Part shown: piece by piece, positions 5,512 to 6,052 of the stretch
Position numbering within the stretch: position 1 is the first letter of the stretch
Layout: every line of letters starts with the position of its first letter
From: a virus
Taxonomy: Duplodnaviria; Heunggongvirae; Uroviricota; Caudoviricetes
Reading direction: 5' to 3' (one strand)
IMG/VR virus record: IMGVR_UViG_2651869755_000005
Length of the DNA stretch: 6,052 nucleotides
Translations under genes and position numbers: made by a program
Notes under the pieces: model-generated
Told to the model about the DNA's origin: nothing
What the model saw: the letters and a program-made list of their open reading frames with translations, nothing else
Databases searched by the model: none

Positions 5512-6008
5512 TGCCTCCATCATTACGAAAAGCCGTTGCTGCTGCTATTGGTGGCGGAGCAATTGCTATAGCATCAGTGTTAATCACTGGCCCAAGTGGT
5601 AACGATGGTCTGGAAGGTGTCAGCTACATACCATACAAAGATATTGTTGGTGTATGGACTGTATGTCACGGGCATACAGGAAAAGACATCATGCTCGGTA
5701 AAACGTATACCAAAGCAGAATGCAAAGCCCTCCTGAATAAAGACCTTGCCACGGTCGCCAGACAAATTAACCCGTACATCAAAGTCGATATACCGGAAAC
5801 AATGCGCGGCGCTCTTTACTCATTCGTTTACAACGTGGGTGCTGGCAATTTCAGAACATCGACGCTTCTTCGCAAAATAAACCAGGGCGATATCAAAGGC
5901 GCATGTGATCAGCTACGTCGCTGGACATATGCTGGCGGTAAGCAATGGAAAGGTCTCATGACTCGTCGTGAGATTGAGCGTGAAATCTGTTTGTGGGGTC
6001 AGCAATGA
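5511..6008 (+). CDS. rrrD: Phage lysozyme with N-terminal signal-anchor-release (SAR) domain (RrrD/R21-like), 165 aa
   Basis: N-terminal Gly/Ala-rich weakly hydrophobic segment [20 protein letters not shown] followed by a lysozyme domain (...[16 protein letters not shown]...); start overlaps the essD stop (TAATG); pairing with a pinholin is the phage 21 arrangement. Confidence 0.9.
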   Translation: MPPSLRKAVAAAIGGGAIAIASVLITGPSGNDGLEGVSYIPYKDIVGVWTVCHGHTGKDIMLGKTYTKAECKALLNKDLATVARQINPYIKVDIPETMRGALYSFVYNVGAGNFRTSTLLRKINQGDIKGACDQLRRWTYAGGKQWKGLMTRREIEREICLWGQQ

Positions 6009-6052
6009 ACAGAGTAACCGCGATTATCTCCGCTCTGGTTATCTGCATCATC
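6005..6052 (+). CDS. rzpD: Rz-like spanin (i-spanin), N-terminal 16 codons only; runs off the window end
   Basis: ATG 6005 overlaps the rrrD stop (ATGA); [16 protein letters not shown] is a typical Rz N-terminal transmembrane anchor; conserved S-R-Rz gene order. Confidence 0.7.
   Translation, partial: MNRVTAIISALVICII

Noticed and set aside
5580-5765. 61-aa - strand ORF
   Set aside because: Antisense within the rrrD lysozyme gene; no support.
1-6052. CRISPR arrays, tRNA/rRNA genes, integrase/att sites
   Set aside because: No regularly spaced direct repeats, no cloverleaf-forming tRNA-like segments and no integrase-like ORF are seen in the window; the region is entirely an internal prophage segment.

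Overview
This window is the right arm of a lambdoid (DLP12/phage 21-like) prophage on the + strand, running from the end of the replication module through the nin region and Q antiterminator to the start of the lysis cassette. Gene order: 3' end of an IS3-family (IS629-like) element inserted into replication gene P, then ren, a tR2-like terminator, ninB, a phage-type N6-adenine DNA methyltransferase, ninE, two overlapping small ORFs of unknown function, rusA, ylcG, quuD, convergent terminators, an intact nmpC-type porin gene on the - strand, an AT-rich regulatory region with a + strand terminator, and essD (pinholin), rrrD (SAR endolysin) and the start of rzpD. Almost all genes are recognisable members of well-described families, so I do not see a clearly novel multi-gene system. 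The least explained content is the two-ORF block at 1920..2448 with an out-of-frame ybcO-like remnant, the orphan methyltransferase, and two candidate short-RNA/terminator units of uncertain late-promoter assignment. All calls rest on reading the sequence and recalled protein families; no database search was run.
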